Below, piece by piece: positions 56,425 through 64,000 of a stretch of 64,000 nt of DNA. Under the pieces are notes generated by a model. That model was not told where the DNA came from. It did no database searches and saw only the letters and a program-made list of their open reading frames with translations. A program made the position numbers and the translations under genes. How positions within the stretch are numbered: the stretch's first letter is position 1; every line of letters starts with the position of its first letter. This stretch comes from Ascidiella aspersa (Eukaryota). Location: the NCBI GenBank assembly GCA_963924565.1, contig OZ004610.1, positions 33,418,001 through 33,482,000 of the forward strand. The letters are read 5' to 3'.

Positions 56425-58935
56425 ATCGGAGAATCATTAACTAGCTTTTTGACAACTCGTTTGTTACTTTTAAGCGTCAACGAAAAAAACAAAAGAATCG
56501 TTCACTTTGCTGATTTCTCGTAAATTTCGGCGAGAAACCGTTGAAGCCAAAGGCCATTTCCCGGCGCCGAAGCAGCAATGTTAGCACTAGATCTCTGAGA
56601 TTCGGGCAACCTCAAACAAACGGAACACGTTAGTCGCCGGAATACGCCCGAGAAGCACAAGAACGCAGAATATACGGCGGCCTCGTTAACATTGTTCAGT
56701 TGTGTGGTTTTAAGCAATTTTGAGCGAACATTAGCATGGCTAATTTACACTATAAAGCAGTGTTTCTAAAAATTAGATTCGTAAGGAAGTTTTAACGCGC
56801 CCTCTCTTTATTTTAAAGTTAATTTTCGGGTAAAAAAAATGTTTGTTTTAGCACATACTTCCCATTCAAATTATATCTTGCATCGTGGTTTTGTTTTGAA
56901 ACTTAAAAGGGATTTCAATTATTTCGAAGAACTAAGTAAAAGCATTTTGTAAACATCTGAATATAAAGTAACGTTACAAAAATGTTCTGTGACGCCACAA
57001 CGGCCTTCTCGCGTCCACACCTGCCCCCCCGGTGCTTAGTTGTAGTGACAGCGTACCACTGTTGACACGAATAGTGGAGAGCGGACATCTCCATGTTGTG
57101 GAGAGCAACATGCTGGTGCTCACATGTTTGGGCGAGTGCCTTGTAAAGAGCTTTAGTTCCAAGCCCAGCTACTTCTCATTCCCAACCCCTTAAAGTGAAC
57201 ACGGCCTGTCGTTATGCACTTCTTCGCTATTTGAAGGCCGGTCGAAGTTTTTGAATGATGCGTTACTCGTTTGATAGTGTCTTCGCTAGGGATGCTTTTC
57301 TAAAAAAAAAACAGTATTTCGAGATTAGAAGGTAAAATGTTGTTTTTGGCGGAATATAATCGTGTTTGCTGTAACTATCCTTGTTGGGTTTCCGTAATAC
57401 TGAAAACCGCCTTAAACCTATTTACCAAAAAACAGCGATATTTCCCGCAACTTAGACAAATTTGTCATTTTTGGATCCCTGACAATATTCACAAGTTATA
57501 AGCTAGCGCCAATCTATCTGTAACTCTTGTACAAGACCAGGTTACCTTTATACATACTTAAGCCTTCCCCCTGTCCAATGTCCACTTCAGCGCTGTAGTC
57601 CATTCTACAAAGTCGGTCAAGCAAACGAGCGGGTGGTCCGCGAACCCGACTGACCCCCCCCTGTATTTAAATGGCCCAGATTACCCCCCTACATTGTTTG
57701 CCCCGTCGGCGCTCAAGCATGACGAAGCTGGCGTCTCGCGAGAATTTTTTTCGAGCTCAAGTCGGTTGTATTTTAACCCGCTTGGTTTTGCGGAAATGTG
57801 AACACAATTGGCCGGGCATTTTTTAATTAAACCTAACCCGTTTTACATTTACTGATTTTTTTGTGGTTAAACAGAAATTAAATGGTATTTTGATTGAATA
57901 ATCAGACTTTTTTTATTTTTCATAGTTGTAAAATCGAAATTTTAAAAGCAATTAAAAAAATTAGAAAAAATACCACATATACATACAAGTAATTTGAATA
58001 TAGGAGCCAAAGGAAAAAATGACCGATTTAATTCTTGAAGTGATAACACCCCCGAACCAAAGTAGTGTGGTGCTGCGTTTTCCGAGCACGACAAGGTTCG
58101 TTAGAAATGCTGCTTAAATTCCTCCCAACGCTAGTTGCTAGCATTCTTTCGCACAGATCCCCTTACCATAGTGTTGACTGACGGAATGGCTTGACGGAAA
58201 TGGACAGCGGCAAAACATTCGTTTCTCTCTATTGTTTCTTTTCGGGGCTTGCTCCCATTAAGGCTTCTAAAGCGTGAGCAGCTATTTCGCTTAAGCCGAA
58301 GTTATCAGGGCGTGTTTTTGGCCAGGTCGCGTGAAAACAGGGGAGTTTGCCCCCCTGAAAAATAGGCCGGACGCTTTGTGTGAAGCTGATCTCTCTACTG
58401 TAACCGGAGTAGTTTAATGCCTTCCACATAGACGCCTTCTGGGCTTGAATATGTTCTGACGCAACGCCGGCCAATATGGCACACTTTTGGGAGCTTAAAG
58501 CGTTTGAAATCGTGTGTAGTTTGTTCTCGTAAATTGCCTTTAAAAATTGCCGGCGCTTGTCTATGGATTACGGGCGAAGGGTAACTAGGGCAATGCGTGG
58601 TTAGTTATTAACAAATCGCCTTTTTAAAGAGCATAAACCACAATTGCCGCGTTAACTGCTGCGGAGACGATTTGCGCAAACTACATGTAATTTGTTTATT
58701 TTCAATGCGGCGTGTTTATTATTGGGAGACCCAAACCAACTCCTAATCTTAAACACTTAATAAGCGGCGTTAAACAGAAAAATCAGCGGCTGGCTAGAAT
58801 AATTGGTTGAACGGCTCGTAAATCAGTCTAGCAACATTTTAAGTTGGTTGATGGTCGTATTTTGTGTTAAAAAATCTCTTAAAACACCTTATAAAAATAG
58901 TTCTTTTTCTTGGATCCAACGTTTTGCTGGTATTA

Positions 58936-59061
58936 TAAACCTTAAAAAAGGCGTTCTGTATAGGTCCTATAGGACGTCGAAACGTCGATTGATTATTATA
59001 TAAAACTGCTGGATGAGTAACATTGGGTTGTATATTAAGCCTGGCAGCAATAGCTTATTTA
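58936..59061 (+). mobile_element. Candidate hammerhead-bearing Penelope-like fragment (family D)
   Basis: 11-bp hairpin GGCGTTCTGTA/TATAGGACGTC immediately followed by GAAACGTC; ataaacctt direct repeat at 58935 and 59062. Confidence 0.4.
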
Positions 59062-62000
59062 ATAAACCTTTAAATTTAAACATTTGATGGTTTATTGTCC
59101 CTAAAACGTTAGATCCACGCAAAAATTAAAATACGACCAAGACCTCCACGAAACGAACTTTAAAAGCACACCAGAGCCCGTATTTGCCGCACTTCTGGTG
59201 AGGTATGCGTAGGTTTTACACGACTTGCTGTCACACGCCAATTTGCCTGACCAGCGCTAGTGTGAGACGAGCTAGCAGGGCGGTAAAAGATCATGACCGA
59301 TGACCTCAGGATTAACGGTAAAGCTCCAGCGCTCTGCAACCATCCCTTTGAGATAACTGCTGGACGCTTTGCGCTGGCCATTTAATTAGATGTGCGTTGT
59401 CTCTATGTAGCTAAAAATACATTTTAAACCACGAATTTTTTCGATAAATTATCCCTTTGCATTGCCCGCTTATAACGTTTCAATTTTTTGTGCCAAAAAT
59501 GTGCGGAAATATAATACTAAATTAGTGCACGTATTTTAATAAAAGAGATGAAAAAACGATTGTCTCAAAAGCCATGTAAACTTACGAACTGTCCAAACAG
59601 ACTCGCAAACGCAAGAAAACGTGAATCAGCGCATTTTTCAACCCGCCTCTTATTTTAACGCGTCCTCATGTAGAAGCAGCATTCATGTCAGCGGCCTCGC
59701 AAGCCAGAATTCCCGCAGAGCTTCAACGTTACGCTCGATGGAAGTCTTGGCTCGGCGCCAGAACGCTTGATTTGCTTATTGTAAGTTAAGACCCTCGTTT
59801 ATATTCCCACGCTCTCTGGGTCGCCTCCGCTTCCGTCAAGGCAAGGCCTCGTTTGCCGAGAAGTTTAGCAGACTCTTGGGCGAATTTGACACCGGCCGAC
59901 CAACTGCTGCTGCTTGTGCAAGCGAGATAGTGTCTGGGGAAAATCGCGCCCCGCAACCCTAAAAGGAAGTGCCTTTGTTTCAACTTGCAACATGAGCAAC
60001 ATATTCGTTTTTTTACGCCAAGTCTGCCACTTATTTGCGCGAATTTTTTGCAAAGTTTTTATCCAGGTTTTGCAATCGTTTTTTTTTTTATCAGACAGTA
60101 CTTATTTTCCAAGTTTTTTGTTGTCATAATTAAGAAATTTTTATTGCAATTACGAGCCGCTATTAATAAATAAAGCGGCGAAATTTTTGCAGTTTAAATT
60201 GTTTTTGGTCAAACGTTTCCATTTTTTAGCTATTTTAGTGCAAATTGCCGTTTTTTTACAGTTATCAATCTCATTTTAATTCCAGTAAATTTCAGCCTGG
60301 CTCTAAAATAAGAGCTTGTCTAGCCGGGACGTCAGCTGACTAATACTAGTCTGGGGATTTATTTAGCGAGAATTGTCGCCGATTTATGCAGCGAAGGCCG
60401 CTTCGATCAAAGTTCTATCCAGTTTGAAGTAAGGCACCCACAGTGAGCCTACTTCGCCGTTGGCCTGCGGCTAATAACCGTGACATAGAGCCTTTCTTCG
60501 CGCTGTCATTTGAAGTAGGCGGGCCGCGATATATTTTATGTTAATAATTTCATTAGATGCGCCGAGGGCCATATGTTGCGCAAGTCCTTTCACTCGCCCG
60601 GAATTATTTTGCTGTCCGACTCTGGGTCCGGCTGTTGTTGCCGTTTTTAGCGATTGTCTCGTATACGCGCGTTACACAGAAAGAACCCCACACCCTGACC
60701 AAGAGTTAAATCGCAAAACGTCATCTTTTCAAGCTATTTGATTTTATTCGATAACAACTGCGCATAATTCTGTTTCGCTCGCAATATCCAGATGCTTTGC
60801 TTAATGGCAAATAAACCCGGTACAAAATGACAACATTTAATCGTCGCGCGCCTTATTTTGCAAATAATAACCCGCTTGTATTTGCCAGAACGCGTTTGGT
60901 CGCGTATTTGCGTCGCAACGGGCAATTTCGAGTAATTTAAAGCCACAGGCTTCACCTGGAAGCCGTGTGCACATAGGGTGGCCGCCAGTTTCTAAATTGA
61001 TGTTGCGGTTTGGCTTCAAAAACCTTCCAGTGTAAATCCCCTGCATGCCGCCTCTACCTGCCAGATGTCCCCGCTGTGCATTTTCAACACATCGTCGTCG
61101 AAATCTTATCGCTGGCGACATTCGGCCATCATAGAGCCCTGTTTCTGTGCCTCAGACTGGCAGTGTTTACCCTGTTCCGTCTGCCATCTGCCACACGGGC
61201 TTTCTTTGAAGCGTAATTTCCACTCGTAAACTTCGCTCTTGCTTTTTGGGCTGCAAGTAATGATGCTACCTTGCGTTTCTAGTTATGTTGTGTTTTGTGG
61301 CCTTTACAAATACGTCGTGATTGATAAATTAGGTCCTTTAATGCTTCAATTTTAAATTGTCCATTGATGCCTTAAGGTAACGCCATAGTTCTATACCTGT
61401 GCATTTAACTCTTACATACAACTGATTAGGCAGTTGTATTAGCTAAGCGATTTTATGCTGTTATAATAATAAAGTTAAACATTGATCAAGTTAAAATGTA
61501 TGGAAAAATATGTTTTGAAAATAACGCAATCGAGTTAAATACATGAGTTGAAAAAGCAGACTATTTTCTGTTGAGTTAAATTGCATCTATTGATGTTGCG
61601 TTAAAACGTGAAAAGTGCTGGTAATTTTGCGACAGGTGCAGTAGCGAAAGGTCAATGTTAAAACCCCTTTGGCCAGTCGATTACCAATCGCTGGTGTCGT
61701 TTGTCAGCATTAGAAGTCTGCCAGACACATGTATCACTAACAAAATCGGTTGTAAGGCATTGTTTTACGTTTTTCGTGTCGTCACAACAGATTGTGAAGC
61801 TGTCTGTTATTTTTTTTCACATATCATTTTTAATAAGAAAATACTGTGGCAATATTTTCAATAATTTTGCAATTTTTACCTAGGTCACCTTACTTAGAGA
61901 AGTATAAAGTAAACCTACTTATGTAAGAACTTTGATATTTGTTCTCATTCTTACTACAACAATCACCGATTATGACGTAGAAAAGCATATTGTAGTATTG

Positions 62001-64000
62001 GAACGTGCGCACAATGCTACCTGGTTAAGTGGTTTTGGTATTTATTGGCCTCACTACAGCTTTATTTGGCCTCACTACAGCGAGAATCCACGCCCCTTTC
62101 GGCTCTGCACATGCGCTGTAGGCATGCCGCCATTGTGACGTGTACAATCAAAATACCAACGTCGCGCGCGCAATCAGAGAAAACGCTCGCGTAAGCATCC
62201 ACGGGGAATTGAGCGCAGCTTACAAATTGCGCTAATTGCCTTAACTCATGTGCAAGCCTGGAATTTCACTCAAGCTTTTGAACCACTGTAGGTTAAATAC
62301 GTCATGCCCCAAGCATTTTATTATCGAGTTTATTTCCTTCTGTAGTACACTGTAAAACCATAGAACACACCAAATCACCTTTTCAAACTTATTTCTCCGG
62401 CATTTTTACAATCTAGAGTCGGAATTTCTATGATCTAATAAAAGACAAAATAAGTCGCGTAAAACGCTTTAAGTGTTGCTGCATCGGCTTCAGTAAATCC
62501 ACACCATCCCCATGTAAACCAATCATAAAGGGCTTTTAGTGTTTGTACAAAGACGACATGAAGCTGCCACAATGCCGTGCGCTATTGGTCAAATGGGCGT
62601 CAGTGCAATATTAAGTTCATTGTGTGTTGGGGCGGCCACAGCGAGATATAGGCAGTCAATAGCTTTGAGGTGGCGTGAAGCACGTTTGCGAACATTTGTC
62701 AGAAGTGTTTGGTCGTTATGCAAGAGCACCAGACACGAACATTGTACAAAGCACTCGTCAAGCCTAAAGCTCGCTCTCCGCCATTCAAATCAAATCTTGT
62801 TAAACAATTCGTGGCGCCGTATCTCCTCTTTATGAAACGGACTTGGCGTTTTAAATTAATAAACGTTGCACTTGATGGAAGATCCATTTGCGCGAGATTA
62901 AACTTCAACCTTCTAAACTTAGACCCCAAGTCAAAATCCTAATCCCTCTCACATTCGTCCAGCATTTATAGAGTTATGCAACATGGAGCGAAATTGCGAA
63001 ACCGCTTGGTTGAAGTGGTGTGATCCCGCATTAGGCGCGTGCGTAGAATCGACAAGCAGTGTAGAGAGTTTGTGTTGAACGCGTTCCAGCTGTGAAGTTG
63101 TCCCAAGGGCCACAAAGCCACGCTCTACAGCCGAGCTCTGTCTCTTGCTTGCAGCTGAAGGTCTCATGATCCTGTCTGATCTGGGACTTGCGATGTGCTT
63201 TAGGGATTGTACAAACAGGTGGAGGCTTGTACTGGATTCCTAGCATGAAACTTGGCCGAATTTTCGATCGCGTTTCTTGTGTAATGTTACGCCTGCCAAG
63301 CTTCGCAAATCCAACAGCGTCCTGTCATTAGAACGTAATTGCGCGTTCCAACCTTCAGGCTATAATCCCCTGTAGGTCTAGTAGCGGAAACTGGGGCCTT
63401 TTTGCACCCCAACGCCCCTTTTTCGGTTATCTGGGGTCGTTAGAGAGTTACCCCAGATAAACTATCGCCGAAATGCCTCGAACGCTGGTATTTGACGCCT
63501 ACAACCTGTGTTTTTAAGGCTTACTTGTCTGATCCGCGGAACAAATACACACTTGCGATCATGAAAGCATTGAACCTGGTTAAGAACCTCGCTTTGCGAA
63601 CTTTCGCTTGATTTGATTCGAAAAAACGCTCTCCTGTAACTACAGACTGCTCTTTAGAAGTCGCCGATTTATGACAACTTACACAATTATTTTTTAATAG
63701 GATTTAAACAGAAGTTAGCTTAAAGATCTTTGTTTGACAACTCGGAAAACATTACGTTTGAAAATGTTAATTTGACAATATTCGTTTAATATTACCAAAG
63801 TGCGTCAATTTAAGTGGGGTCGCTTCTATTTGGGTAGAAGAAAGGTGCTTGACTTGATATTTTGCTTGGCACTGATGAAGTTAGCGATTTAAAACCCGGC
63901 TTTTACCGGCATCTTACACGACCTTCAGATTTACATTACACACTCCGCGGTTTGGTAAAACACGCCGGTTCGTTTCCGTGATTAGCTGTAACATTGGAAG

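Noticed and set aside
60990-61030. IDV motif as the start of Myc exon 3 (also near 61590)
   Set aside because: No acidic run or acceptor in phase, stops nearby and no downstream bHLH.
62041-62081. 20/21-bp tandem duplication tttat(t)ggcctcactacagc
   Set aside because: Simple local slippage with no further structure.
43400-63300. Numerous 60-140 aa ORFs in the Myc intron
   Set aside because: Overlapping on both strands, many with non-ATG starts and no recognisable domains; expected in GC-richer non-coding blocks.

Overview
Eukaryotic, AT-rich, intron-containing invertebrate DNA. It is plausibly a tunicate, but the species cannot be fixed from the sequence alone. The window has four parts. 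(1) 1-10.3 kb: the 3' ten coding exons of a + strand type I membrane protein. It carries near-identical tandem calcium-binding EGF repeats, three FN3 domains (one with an RRKR furin site), ten more EGF-like domains, a TM helix and a short tail with a neurexin/syndecan/Crumbs-like 'KRRNEGIYSP' motif. (2) About 11-41.5 kb: no recognisable coding exons; many short transposon derivatives, TF-motif clusters and a (GT)n tract with N gaps. (3) 41.6-42.9 kb: a Myc gene with a TATA/Inr promoter, a likely non-coding leader exon and the Myc-box I/II/IIIa exon. Its next intron runs more than 21 kb off the end of the window, and no bHLH-LZ exon is seen. (4) Throughout: hAT-type MITEs with 8-bp TSDs, plus several unrelated families of short head-to-head inverted elements. 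These have asymmetric arms, 10-16 bp target-site duplications and minimal type I hammerhead-ribozyme motifs at their centres. One such family instead carries an internal tRNA-like cassette. I interpret them as non-autonomous Penelope-like retroelement derivatives rather than DNA MITEs. Most short ORFs in the supplied track look spurious.
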